NCBI GenBank assembly: GCA_963768175.1
Contig: CAVYGQ010000001.1
Span: 446,305-510,304 of the forward strand
Direction of reading: 5' to 3'
Origin: Candidatus Doudnabacteria bacterium
GTDB taxonomy: Bacteria > Patescibacteriota > Doudnabacteria > UBA920
Length of the DNA stretch: 64,000 nt
Under the pieces are notes generated by a model. It was not told the origin of the DNA. It made no database searches and saw only the letters and a list, made by a program, of their open reading frames with translations. Of the stretch, positions 8,200-18,131 are shown one piece after another. Both the position numbers and the translations under genes were made by a program. Numbering within the stretch: the first letter of the stretch is position 1; each line of letters starts with the position of its first letter.

Positions 8200-11100
8200 T
8201 TAAATTGGCATCATATGGTCAATAAACAATTTTTCAGCTGCTGCTCTTTGTACCGGGGTCAAAGTTGATAATTTATTACCAGTTGGCAGGCGACCTGCCA
8301 CCGCTGCTATCTTACCAGTTACCTGGGCGGCAAAATCTGCCCTAGTCACTGCACGGCCTGCGATTGTAGCCGCATCAAAGGCGTTGCCTGCCAACGGTTG
8401 TAATTCTTTTCTTAATTCGGATATTTCTACAGGCGTTAACTTATAATCTTCATCTAGTCTACTAATTACGGTCATGGGGTTATATTTTTCCGAGTATTCG
8501 TCCCTAACTTTTTTGTATATTTCGTCCTTGATTGCGGTAACGTGTGTTACTGGCGCACGGGCAGTTGTAAAAGCAGAACGTATGTTTGCTTCTATTGTTG
8601 CCGGAGAACTTGCCCCTCTATAAACAGCATCAATCGCATTATCTATAACCTTACCTCCTCTTAAAGCGTCAGTTTCTTCCTTCTTTAATCCCAAAGTTTT
8701 GCTATCAATCACTTCAGTTGATACGGTCTTAATGACCGGGGTTACTGTTACTGTAGAGTCACCCAAATGAGCAACGGGGGTTGTTTTGCCGGCGGCATCC
8801 AGCTTTACCACCCTAATTCCTTTCACCTCAATAGGTTGCATATTGGTTAACTGCGCATACATGCTACGTACCAAATCCGGATTTTCTTCATACAAACTCT
8901 GGATACGCTTAACGTCAAGATCGTCTTTGACAATAACCGCTCCAGTGTTTTTATCTATATCATCACTTAAAATCCACTCCTTAGTTCTTCCTTGTGAGAA
9001 ACTCGCCTGCTGCAAAGTAGCGCCGTCAAACATAGACAAAACACCCCGTTGATATTCATCAAGCTCCCCACTGGTTCTTCCATACATTTGATCCTTAATT
9101 TCATTTACAGCGTCAATATTTCCACCTGCGTCCAGTTTCGCGCGGAGAGTCACCATATTATGTGGGGCAATTTGCGAGCGGGCACGCCCGCTGACTTTTT
9201 TCAGCTCGCCCACCGCATAATTAGTTTGCCAAGTATTTTTTAGCTTACCTCCCTTAATAGTTCTGCCTCCTACTCCTTTGGCATCGCCAACCAACTCCAT
9301 CCCCCGCTTAAACCTTTTTGAATCATTGTCATAATACGCATGCCCCAGATACTCATAGTGCCCTGTGGACTTGCCAAGTTCTTCAAGATCTTCAGCCATC
9401 AAGCGCTGGGCTTGTTCATCGTCGCCCAAATAACCGTACAAAAACCGGTTTAAAACTTCTGCGCTATAAAAAGTGCCATCGTCATCAGCATACTGGTCTG
9501 CAAAATGCTTTTTCCTAAGTAGGTCGTCCATATATCCTTGTTTGGCAGCTGCCAAGACAATAGCGCGGCGCCTTCTCTTGCCTTCTTCTCCGCCTAACTT
9601 TTCGGCATCTGCGGCCGCATCCATTAAACTTTCTTTACGCATGGTAGAATAGTCCTGAACCAAAGCATTTTCGTCTTTTCTTTCCGCAAATTGCCTATAA
9701 GGAATTTTTAACTTGCCCCTGGTTAAAAACCGTTCTGACATTTCACGCCCGCCTGCCGTAGCCGTGCCTTCTGCTTGATGCTTTAATTCCTCTGCGCGCT
9801 GTTGCCAGCCCTTAAAAAAAGCATCTGGGTTAGAAAGCAAAAATCCGGTTTTTTTCAAAAAGCCCGGTTTATGCTCGCCTTCCTGCTCTAAAAGCGAAGA
9901 ACCAATTTCCTGTCTCTTTCTGTTTACCCAGCCAACTCCTCTTCCAGCCAAAAACGCTGCACCCTGAAACGGAGCAAAGATTCCCTTTCTGGCTATGTCG
10001 GTTATCCCTTGGGCACCGTAGACGCCGGCCAAGGTGGCTACTTTTAAGGAGGCGATTAAAAAAACCAACAATAAAATATTACTTCCCAAGGTCACAATCA
10101 GGCTGGACAAACCGTTTTGTCCATTAAAAATGCTGGCGTTATTGGCCGCAATCTGCAATTGAGAATTGACAGTTGCATTGGTTGCCATTAAAGCTGCCAT
10201 GTTCAGGAAAAAGGCCATTATTGGTGTAAAAAAGGCGTATTTTAAAAACTCCTTCCACCATTTCTCCCTATACTGGGCCGTACTGGGCAAAACCCCAACG
10301 GCATAAGCCACGGGAGAAATCATTAGCAAAAGCCATAACATTACAATCCGGATTACCAAAAACGCCGCAATAGCGCCAAACACGGCAAGCGAGCCCAAGC
10401 TCATAGCCACCCAAAATACAGACGCAACTAATCCTCCAATACTACTATTTACCGCCGATGCGTTAGCGTTCTGCTGCCCTTGGAGGTAGTTCATTAATGT
10501 ACTATTATTTGTAGTCATTAATTTATAAGCCAACCCGTTTACTGACGCAGCGTCGGCAGGCAAAAACTGCGCCTGCACGGTGTCCGCCACGGCTAAAATA
10601 GACTGGCCAATGACCAAACTAAAGTTAATCAGCAAAGCCGCGATAATTAGTTGCACCAATAAATGCCGCGCTTTATAACTTTCCACGCGGAACAACGTGG
10701 CCATGGCAATAATAATCAATGCCACTATAAAAAATATATCGCACAGATTCCGAATGGTTTCCCAACCCGAATAAATAACCGCGACAAAAGTATCCTGATA
10801 AGCGTGAATACCAAGCACAGCAACAATCACTGGTGAAACAAGCAGGAAAAAAATTCCGTAAATAAGCTGCTGAATTGAAGCTAAGACAAAAGCGACTATC
10901 TCGTTTAATAATTGCATCAGCTTGTCGGTTACCCCCGGACCTGCATTGAGATTGTTTCCGGAACCTACGGCGCTGCCATATCCGGGAACGCATCCAGAAG
11001 GTATATTGGCTCCGGTGGTCGGATCGGTACCGGTGCAAGCAAGAGGCGGGCCTGTAACTTTATTGGCGTTTGCCTGGGTGTCATAAAGCTGGACATAAAA

Positions 11101-11850
11101 ACTATTACCACCTTTGAAATAAGTATTATAGGCGTGCGCGCCGGTAAGGGAATTGAAGTCTGTTGATAAATTTTGAAAATCAATTTCGGGGTAAGCATAA
11201 GCCTGGTTCGTTCCGCTATTTGGATCGGTCCCGTTATTAAGTTGGGTTATGCCTAAATCGGTAAAATTGGTCTTATCAATAGTAAATGTGTAATCAAAAA
11301 CAGGCTGCCCGGCTTGAAAGGTTGGGCCGCTAATTTTATTATTACTCTGAGTCGCATCAAAGTAGTTGTTTGGGTTACTGCACACATTGGAAATTAAACC
11401 AGTGCCTATGGGCCCCAATGACTGATTTCCACAAATTTGGGAAGTATTACTAGGCGTTAACACTGCTCCAAAACCTAACAGCTTTCCTGTATCCGGTGTT
11501 CCGCCTGGAGGTGTTGTGGTGCCGATATTAGTACTGTTAAAAGTCAGTGTCGGGGGACTTACAAGGGTAACTATAACCTCTATCGTAGAACTTCCATCCT
11601 GTTGGCCAAGACGAACGAAATTTGTAGTCTGGCCATTAATCTTTATGTCTGTTTTTAAAACTATGTCATTAAAATTACAAGTTTGTGCATTACCTTGGCT
11701 GGTGCCGCAGGTGCTATCAGCGGAAACGGTTATGGGAGTAAGTATCAACAAAACAAAAACCGCTAAAATAAAAGAAAACCACGGCCAGAGGCATTTGGCG
11801 GCAGTTTTGGTTGGGTTGGATTTATTTAAAACTTTTGGTTTCAAATGCAA
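8200..11850 (-). CDS. Giant polytopic membrane protein, VirB6/TrbL-like T4SS channel candidate
   Basis: 1216 aa. N-terminal signal/TM, then about 270 aa Thr/Gly/Asn-rich ectodomain, then about 8 TM helices (residues about 320-640), then about 560 aa charged cytoplasmic tail. Confidence 0.4.
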   Translation of the reverse strand: MHLKPKVLNKSNPTKTAAKCLWPWFSFILAVFVLLILTPITVSADSTCGTSQGNAQTCNFNDIVLKTDIKINGQTTNFVRLGQQDGSSTIEVIVTLVSPPTLTFNSTNIGTTTPPGGTPDTGKLLGFGAVLTPSNTSQICGNQSLGPIGTGLISNVCSNPNNYFDATQSNNKISGPTFQAGQPVFDYTFTIDKTNFTDLGITQLNNGTDPNSGTNQAYAYPEIDFQNLSTDFNSLTGAHAYNTYFKGGNSFYVQLYDTQANANKVTGPPLACTGTDPTTGANIPSGCVPGYGSAVGSGNNLNAGPGVTDKLMQLLNEIVAFVLASIQQLIYGIFFLLVSPVIVAVLGIHAYQDTFVAVIYSGWETIRNLCDIFFIVALIIIAMATLFRVESYKARHLLVQLIIAALLINFSLVIGQSILAVADTVQAQFLPADAASVNGLAYKLMTTNNSTLMNYLQGQQNANASAVNSSIGGLVASVFWVAMSLGSLAVFGAIAAFLVIRIVMLWLLLMISPVAYAVGVLPSTAQYREKWWKEFLKYAFFTPIMAFFLNMAALMATNATVNSQLQIAANNASIFNGQNGLSSLIVTLGSNILLLVFLIASLKVATLAGVYGAQGITDIARKGIFAPFQGAAFLAGRGVGWVNRKRQEIGSSLLEQEGEHKPGFLKKTGFLLSNPDAFFKGWQQRAEELKHQAEGTATAGGREMSERFLTRGKLKIPYRQFAERKDENALVQDYSTMRKESLMDAAADAEKLGGEEGKRRRRAIVLAAAKQGYMDDLLRKKHFADQYADDDGTFYSAEVLNRFLYGYLGDDEQAQRLMAEDLEELGKSTGHYEYLGHAYYDNDSKRFKRGMELVGDAKGVGGRTIKGGKLKNTWQTNYAVGELKKVSGRARSQIAPHNMVTLRAKLDAGGNIDAVNEIKDQMYGRTSGELDEYQRGVLSMFDGATLQQASFSQGRTKEWILSDDIDKNTGAVIVKDDLDVKRIQSLYEENPDLVRSMYAQLTNMQPIEVKGIRVVKLDAAGKTTPVAHLGDSTVTVTPVIKTVSTEVIDSKTLGLKKEETDALRGGKVIDNAIDAVYRGASSPATIEANIRSAFTTARAPVTHVTAIKDEIYKKVRDEYSEKYNPMTVISRLDEDYKLTPVEISELRKELQPLAGNAFDAATIAGRAVTRADFAAQVTGKIAAVAGRLPTGNKLSTLTPVQRAAAEKLFIDHMMPI

Positions 11851-12177
11851 GGGTTTAAAAGTTTACCCCGTTGCATTTTCCTTTCATCAAAATGTCCCTA
11901 ATTTAACAATAACTGGATATATTAAAGGAAAATCTTGATTATTATTGAGACTAAATGCTACCGGGGCTTAATAAACTGGGCTTTTATATTGCGTATTTTC
12001 ACTAAAATTATACCACAAACCCCTAAAACCGCAAAATTTTTGGCTTTGTGGATATTTCCCGGATTTCCGGCTGATTTGATTGCAAAATTCTGTCCGCTTT
12101 CGCCGGAACACCAATTTGGTTCTGCCGGAACAATCAATCTAAAACCCGTCAATCAAATTATGCTGACATAAAAACCC

Positions 12178-12213
12178 CATGTTAGCATAAAATGCGGCCG
12201 CATTTTTTACTAA
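12178..12213. repeat. Family E palindrome (TTAGCATAAAATGCGGCCGCATTTT..), NotI-core hairpin
   Basis: Related copies at 12777..12816 and 47180..47213 flank gene ends. Confidence 0.7.
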
Positions 12214-12224
12214 CAAATTATCAA

Positions 12225-12749
12225 CTAAGACAACCCAAATTTCTTTTTTAAGTCCTTGTCGTTATCCATCTCTTCTACTTTTATTATCCTTATATAGCCG
12301 TCCAGTCCCGTTTCCAATAAATATTTTAAGGCTTCCCGATTTAAAGGATAAGGGTTAATATACACGCTGGCCTGTAATTTGCGGAAGTTGTTCCTTTTAA
12401 GCAAATCTCTTAGCTGATTTCTTTGCTGCTTGGCAGATTCCGGAATGTCAAATACCACCATTCTCCATTTACCGTCCCATTTACCGGCAACGGGCATTTT
12501 GGCTTTCGCCAATAAAATTTCCAGCTCTCCTTTTTTTGTGAGTTGTAAAAATCTCTTGCCATTCTTGCTTACAAATTTTATGGAACCGCGCTTTTTTAAG
12601 TTATAAGCAGCGCTCCTGTAAGAGTTATAACTTCTCCCGAATAAAAATTTACTTCTCAGAGCGTAAGGCGAGAACGCCATCATGGTTCCAACCGTAGCGT
12701 CAAGGGCGAACAAAATAGCATTGATGATTGTCGATTCCTTTTTTGGCAT
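12225..12749 (-). CDS. PaaX-family-like transcriptional regulator (wHTH plus WDGKW..FDIPE..LR..L...F..LQ.SVY core)
   Basis: 174 aa. The motif pattern W.G.W..V.FD.PE..R..R..LR..L...GF..L..SV resembles the PaaX family. Confidence 0.45.
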   Translation of the reverse strand: MPKKESTIINAILFALDATVGTMMAFSPYALRSKFLFGRSYNSYRSAAYNLKKRGSIKFVSKNGKRFLQLTKKGELEILLAKAKMPVAGKWDGKWRMVVFDIPESAKQQRNQLRDLLKRNNFRKLQASVYINPYPLNREALKYLLETGLDGYIRIIKVEEMDNDKDLKKKFGLS

Positions 12750-12776
12750 TTTTATTTCTTACTTGTTAATTGATCT

Positions 12777-12816
12777 AATGTTAGTATAAACTGCGGCCGC
12801 ATTTTATGTCAACACC
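12777..12816. repeat. Family E palindrome
   Basis: atgttagtataaactgcggccgcattttatgtcaac. Confidence 0.65.
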
Positions 12817-12903
12817 CACTTTTTACTTCTGTTTTGGCCCGATAACAAAACCGCCATATTTTTTAGGCGGCTTTGTTAGACTTTTATTTTAATTATTTTA
12901 TTA

Positions 12904-14850
12904 TCAGCGAAGATTAAGTTGGGTTGCGGGACCGCGGGTTTGGATAACGGGCTTAGCGGTAAACACCCCGGCCACGGCCGGAGCTACAGAAGGCGAATTA
13001 AATCCCATCGTGCCTTCAATAACGTTTACTGTTCCTAAAACAACTGTGGAAACTAGATTTTCATTAGAGTCGTATATTTGGGCAGCTAAAGTATTAGACC
13101 CGACGGTAAAATTACTATCTATGGTGATAGTGTAGCCGCTCATCTGGTCGGCGGCTACGTCCTGGTAATTTTGCCCATTAACGACAAACGTTACGGTTCC
13201 GTCCGTAGGAAGGTTGGATGACGAAATGGGAATCTGGTCTCCCATACTATACTGGCTCTTTAGGCCTCCACTAACTGATATTTGGGGCGTAAGGGTGCTT
13301 GTGGCAATGTTATTACCGGAACCCTGCGCGATAAAACCAACCGTGGCATTAACGGCTTTATTTTCATTAATCAATGCGGTTTTGGCTCCGGCGCTGGCGC
13401 CGCCCAAAACCATACTCGTGCCGATTTGGGAAACTATGCCGGAAATGATATTCACAAAAGCCGGCAGGTTGCTACTATTGTATTGGGTTAAATCGCCCCC
13501 AACGGCTTTAAACATTGCGTCAATGCCCTGATTAACCAAAACCGCAGGTGAAGATATTGCTTCACACAAAACTATTGCCGGGTTGGTGTCTGTGCTGCCG
13601 GAGCTAGAGGTTAAAGCTTGCGGGGCATTGGTCCACGCCAGTGTAGCCGCATCTACGTCAGCTTGGGCCTTAGCGAGATCGGCAGCCGGGACATTCTTCC
13701 CTGCTTGCACGGCAGCCGTAAGGTTGTCCAGTACATTTTGGCGGTCCAGCATTTTGGCTTCCAAAGCTTGCGCTTGGGCGTCAATTTGTTTTTGCTGGGT
13801 CAAGGCCCCGGCGCAATTTACCGGCGCCTTATAACCGCTGCCCTGGCTAATCTGCTGTTGGGTAGTGGCCAAAGAAGCGGCGCGCGACTGGTTCACGCCG
13901 CCAACATAAGCTGTTTGCAAATAATACGGGTTGGCGCTGGGACTACCCATGGCCGCCATCTGTCCGTAAAAATTCGGGCTGGCCGGATTAATGGCCGACG
14001 GGTTAAAGCCCAAAGCCGCATTGGCGGCCACAAATATTCCGGGCTGGATTTGCGTGCGGAATAAAGGATTGCTTAAAATCGCGCGCGCCATTAGCTGGTC
14101 CTGCGCGTTAGGAAAATTCTCGCGGATAAACTGGTTATCATACATCAAGGTGGCCGCGGAATCTATATACTGCTTTAAGTTGGTAATTTTATAGTTTTGG
14201 ACCAAATGAGTAACCAAAGCATCGGCAATGGCTTTACTGGTTTGCAGCAAAATGCTAATCAGTAAAGTTTTCCAAAATCCTTGGTTGGCGTTATCTATCT
14301 GGGCCACCAAGTCGCCCTGCTTTTTTGTGTAAGTCGCGATGCTAGATTTAATCTGGGCTTCGTCTTGCTCCTTCATATTGCTGACATAAAGGCTGGTTGC
14401 CGCGAGTTTGGCAGCGGCAAGAGTTGTTAATTGCAAGTTGGCACAAATCAAAAAAATGCTATAAGCATCATTCAAAACTTCCATAGCTGCCAACCCCGTA
14501 CTATTCCCCGTTGGGCTTAAGACAGCTAAAGTAGAGTTTGCAACATTAGTTTGTACAAAAATCTGCTCTGCCACTTGCACTTTTGTGAGGCAAGCTTTAT
14601 AAGCTATAAATGGCGCGGACAATCCCGCTATTTCCGAGATATTTAGCGCCATACCAGCCAATCCTCCGGGATTATTACCGGCATTGGCATCGGCACTCGG
14701 TACTGCTTGCGCTAAAACAATCCCCGGCCAAAAGGCAAGCTGGCTGAAAATTAAAAAACCGGCAATGATTTTTTTTATTTTACCCCGCACCACTTTTTGA
14801 TGGTTATTAGGATTACTCAATTTTAAAATTTGTTCAGAATATTTTGCCAT
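12904..14850 (-). CDS. Hypothetical secreted protein with signal/TM anchor and Ala/Gln-rich coiled-coil segment
   Basis: 648-aa ORF with a hydrophobic N-terminus. Confidence 0.5.
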   Translation of the reverse strand: MAKYSEQILKLSNPNNHQKVVRGKIKKIIAGFLIFSQLAFWPGIVLAQAVPSADANAGNNPGGLAGMALNISEIAGLSAPFIAYKACLTKVQVAEQIFVQTNVANSTLAVLSPTGNSTGLAAMEVLNDAYSIFLICANLQLTTLAAAKLAATSLYVSNMKEQDEAQIKSSIATYTKKQGDLVAQIDNANQGFWKTLLISILLQTSKAIADALVTHLVQNYKITNLKQYIDSAATLMYDNQFIRENFPNAQDQLMARAILSNPLFRTQIQPGIFVAANAALGFNPSAINPASPNFYGQMAAMGSPSANPYYLQTAYVGGVNQSRAASLATTQQQISQGSGYKAPVNCAGALTQQKQIDAQAQALEAKMLDRQNVLDNLTAAVQAGKNVPAADLAKAQADVDAATLAWTNAPQALTSSSGSTDTNPAIVLCEAISSPAVLVNQGIDAMFKAVGGDLTQYNSSNLPAFVNIISGIVSQIGTSMVLGGASAGAKTALINENKAVNATVGFIAQGSGNNIATSTLTPQISVSGGLKSQYSMGDQIPISSSNLPTDGTVTFVVNGQNYQDVAADQMSGYTITIDSNFTVGSNTLAAQIYDSNENLVSTVVLGTVNVIEGTMGFNSPSVAPAVAGVFTAKPVIQTRGPATQLNLR

Positions 14851-14881
14851 ATAGGATAAAAACTAAAAAGTGGTGTGGGGT

Positions 14882-15739
14882 TTATTGGGAAACATCGCCA
14901 TTGTTAAAAGTATTTAAAAGATTTTGAGAATTGTCGGCGCTTGCGGAATTGCCCGAAGCAGCCGACTGCTGGATAGGCTGGCCGTTTGAGTCAACATACA
15001 AAGAAGAGCTCGGGTCCAAAGATCCAAACTTTTGCGCAATGGAAACATTCTCGGTATTTAAGTCCTGCTGGCTTTTTATAAACTGCATCAAATTTTGGCT
15101 AACCAAAGTCGGGTTGCTGTCGGCCTGCGAAAAATTTTGCAACAGGTTAATTGCGGAAGTGTACTGGATGATTTTTAACTTTTGCAGTTTAACCAAACTC
15201 TGCGGCACGCTAAGCTTTTGCAACGCGTCGCGGACGCCAATTAATTTTTGTGCCTGCTGGTCAATTTGGCTTTGGTCGTCGGAAGTCAAAGCTGTTTGAA
15301 AGGCGGCGTTATCTACGGGATTGAGTTCTATTTTCTGCGCCTGAGAAAAATATTTTGTAATCGCGTCGCCCGAGTCTGGCACCTGGCTGACCTGGACGCT
15401 GTCTAAAGACAGCTGCACGTCTTGCGTGCTTGCCGCCAAAACCGATCCGGCGTCCACCGGAGAAACCGTGCCGTCGTCGTTAATGATGCTCGGACCTTGG
15501 TCGGTGCTGGCGCCTAAAACTTGTGGCTGTTGGTCGCTAATCGGAGGAACGTATGCATAATAGTGCGGCACATTCTGGTCGCCTTGTGCCGCATTCTTTT
15601 TAAAACTAAAAAGATCCGGCTTTTCCATCCACGACATTCCCAAGACCAAAACCATGGTCATCATTACGGCGCCAAAATGCCCCCAATGAATTGGCGACTC
15701 AATTTGAGGTGGTTGGGTTTCGAAATTTAAATCACTCAT
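14882..15739 (-). CDS. Hypothetical single-pass membrane protein, Gln/Ser-rich
   Basis: 285-aa ORF with an N-terminal TM. Confidence 0.5.
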   Translation of the reverse strand: MSDLNFETQPPQIESPIHWGHFGAVMMTMVLVLGMSWMEKPDLFSFKKNAAQGDQNVPHYYAYVPPISDQQPQVLGASTDQGPSIINDDGTVSPVDAGSVLAASTQDVQLSLDSVQVSQVPDSGDAITKYFSQAQKIELNPVDNAAFQTALTSDDQSQIDQQAQKLIGVRDALQKLSVPQSLVKLQKLKIIQYTSAINLLQNFSQADSNPTLVSQNLMQFIKSQQDLNTENVSIAQKFGSLDPSSSLYVDSNGQPIQQSAASGNSASADNSQNLLNTFNNGDVSQ

Positions 15740-15767
15740 ATTTTTACAAAAATAATGTTAAATAATT

Positions 15768-16286
15768 TTAAAAAACACAAGGAAGGGCGCTGGTGCCGAT
15801 TCCATACAGACCATATGGCGCATAAAAAAATCCAGGGAAAACCGGGTATGGCAAATTACAACTGGCAAAAGGCACCGGCAAATATTCTCCCATAACGCAA
15901 ACCCCCGGCGTAACTAAATTTTCATAAAGAAAAATAAGCGAATAAGGAGGCATGGTGTAAATACCAATAAGAGGAGGGAGTAAGATTCCTTGGGCTGCAT
16001 TATAAATACTGGTAACGCTATTATCAATAATCGTATGCGCGGGACACACAGCCGGAGCGGGAGGAACAATAGGCGGCACGACTGAAATAATTCTTCCCCC
16101 AAACGGTATGGCGCCGGGCGTGGCAAAAGCTTGCGGAGCGCTCATGAAAATGCTAAAAAGCAAACCGCCGGTTATTAAAAACCCAACCATCATCACCAAC
16201 AAAATTCTGCTAGTTTGATTTTGCCTCATAAATTTTATTTTTTGTTTGGGTATTTTTTGTTTGGGTAAACAAAGACGGCTTAACAA
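15768..16286 (-). CDS. Hypothetical Pro-rich membrane protein. The start may be the internal MRQNQ methionine
   Basis: 172-aa ORF with a TM helix. Confidence 0.4.
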   Translation of the reverse strand: MLSRLCLPKQKIPKQKIKFMRQNQTSRILLVMMVGFLITGGLLFSIFMSAPQAFATPGAIPFGGRIISVVPPIVPPAPAVCPAHTIIDNSVTSIYNAAQGILLPPLIGIYTMPPYSLIFLYENLVTPGVCVMGEYLPVPFASCNLPYPVFPGFFYAPYGLYGIGTSALPCVF

Positions 16287-16478
16287 AATAAGCCAAAATA
16301 AAAGAGAATTTGCCTGTAATTATTTTTTTCCCTGTTAAATGCGGCTTTTTGCTGCCCCGCTTCGCGGGATTTAACAGGGTGAATTTTTGTTTCGAAGATC
16401 TTTTCTTAACTTTCTATATATATTATAGCACATCTGGAAAAATTTTGCAAGAGATGGTACAATTTTGAAGTAAACGGG

Positions 16479-16521
16479 TTTGAGGACAGTCCTCTAACTC
16501 GCGAAAGATGACTGTCCTCAA
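16479..16521 (+). promoter_or_regulatory. 5' UTR hairpin (12-bp stem TTGAGGACAGTC / GACTGTCCTCAA) immediately upstream of the SD and start of the DUF192 gene
   Basis: Perfect inverted repeat. AAGGA Shine-Dalgarno 7 nt before the ATG at 16532. Confidence 0.4.
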
Positions 16522-16531
16522 GGAACGACTT

Positions 16532-17014
16532 ATGAAAAATATTTTAATAGCGATTGCTGTACTAACAATAATTTCCGCAGGCTGCTCAAAACAAAATATA
16601 CCTACTGGAAACACTCTTCCCTCCTCCGCGCCGCAATATAATTATACCCACCAATTAAAAATCGACGGGCAAACTTTGATGGTGGAAGTTGCGACAACTC
16701 CCGCACAAAGGCAACAAGGACTTTCGGACAGAAGCGAAATGGCGGACAACCAAGGAATGCTTTTTGATTTTGGATCCAATCCCAGTTCAACCCCCTTTTG
16801 GATGAAAGATATGAAATTTGATCTGGATTTTATTTGGATTACTGACGGAAAAGTTGTTGGCATCACCGCCAACGCTTTCGCGTCTCAATTACCTGATAAT
16901 AATCTTCCGTTATATTATCCGCCCGAACCGATAAACCAAATTTTAGAAGTCAACGCCGGCTGGGCGAAAAAAAATAACATCGCGGTGGGAGACGATGCTC
17001 AATTAATAAAATAA
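16532..17014 (+). CDS. DUF192-family lipoprotein
   Basis: Lipoprotein signal MKNILIAIAVLTIISAGC and the DUF192 pattern ..GLSDR..M..GMLFDF......FWMKDM...LD.IWI. The ORF track start at 16508 lies inside the UTR hairpin. Confidence 0.75.
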   Translation: MKNILIAIAVLTIISAGCSKQNIPTGNTLPSSAPQYNYTHQLKIDGQTLMVEVATTPAQRQQGLSDRSEMADNQGMLFDFGSNPSSTPFWMKDMKFDLDFIWITDGKVVGITANAFASQLPDNNLPLYYPPEPINQILEVNAGWAKKNNIAVGDDAQLIK

Positions 17015-17025
17015 TATATCGTAAC

Positions 17026-17099
17026 GGCGTCATTCTTAGGGAGTGCGGCCGACCGAAGAATCTAATGATGAGATTCTTCACTGCGTTCAGGATGACGCC
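17026..17099. repeat. Family D MITE-like element
   Basis: ggcgtcattcttagg...ttcaggatgacgcc. It overlaps the last codons of rsmA. Confidence 0.7.
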
Positions 17100-18013
17100 A
17101 TAATGGTATCGACTAACTCAATCCATTCTTCAATTGAAAGTTCCTGCGGTCTAGCCGCGGGATTTATTTTAAGCTGCGATAAAATTCCAGCGACCGAATT
17201 TTTATCCAGGGCCAAATTATTTACCAGCGTATTGTGGATTTGTTTGCGCTTGCCGGCAAAACAGGCTTTGACAATTTTAAAAAATCTTTTTTCATCCGAC
17301 AAAATGTATTTGGGTTCTTTGAATAAATCTATTTTTACAATCGCGCTGTCCACTTTTGGCGCGGGATAAAAACTTTTAGCTAGAACAGTTTGGACAATTT
17401 CAGGCTGGCCAAACAGCTGTATCGAAATTGCCAAAATGGACAAGTCCCCCGCTTTGGCGCAAATGTTCCTGGCAACTTCTTTTTGGGTAAGTATGGTTAT
17501 ACCGGAAGGTTTTGCTTTTGTGGCCATTAACATTTGCAGAATTTTCCCGGTAATGTAATACGGGATGTTGGCAACAACTTTATAATCCGATCCGGATTTA
17601 CGGATTCTATCCGGATGATCCGGGTAACTACGGATGGCGCGATCTGTAGATATCCGCAGATCCGGATTCTCATCCGCAGATCGGGATCGGAATGCCGCCT
17701 GAAAATCAAACTCCAAAGCATCGGCGATTTCAAAACGGAAATTTTCAGGATAATCTTTTTTTATTGATTTGAGGATCGGGAAAAACTTCGGGTCTTTTTC
17801 CACGCTCAACACAAAGCCGGCTCTCTGGCAGAGCAAACGGGTTAGGTTGCCGATGCCCGGACCAATTTCCAAAACCGCATCATTAGGCGAAACCTCCGCG
17901 GCATCCACAATGTCCTGTAAAACCAAATCGTCAATTAAAAAATTCTGCCCGTAGGTGAAGTTGGATTTGAGGTTATAAGAGCGCAAAAATTTTTTTAATT
18001 GATCGGTATCCAT
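17087..18013 (-). CDS. rsmA: 16S rRNA (adenine1518/1519-N6)-dimethyltransferase RsmA/KsgA with an in-frame repeat-derived insertion of about 25 aa
   Basis: YGQNFL..EIGPGIGNLT..VEKD..NIPY motifs. The extra segment RSRSADENPDLRISTDRAIRSYPDHPDRIRK is encoded by the family C repeat at 17587..17697. Confidence 0.85.
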   Translation of the reverse strand: MDTDQLKKFLRSYNLKSNFTYGQNFLIDDLVLQDIVDAAEVSPNDAVLEIGPGIGNLTRLLCQRAGFVLSVEKDPKFFPILKSIKKDYPENFRFEIADALEFDFQAAFRSRSADENPDLRISTDRAIRSYPDHPDRIRKSGSDYKVVANIPYYITGKILQMLMATKAKPSGITILTQKEVARNICAKAGDLSILAISIQLFGQPEIVQTVLAKSFYPAPKVDSAIVKIDLFKEPKYILSDEKRFFKIVKACFAGKRKQIHNTLVNNLALDKNSVAGILSQLKINPAARPQELSIEEWIELVDTIMASS

Positions 18014-18031
18014 AGAAGTTTCTGTTTTTCC

Positions 18032-18124
18032 GGCGTCATCCTGAGTCCGAATGCATCTGAGGACGAAGGATCTCTATCCAAGAATGAGATCCTTCGGTCG
18101 GATGCACTCCCTCAGGATGACGCC
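18032..18124. repeat. Family D MITE-like element
   Basis: ggcgtcatcctgag...cctcaggatgacgcc. Confidence 0.75.
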
Positions 18125-18131
18125 GGCTCAC

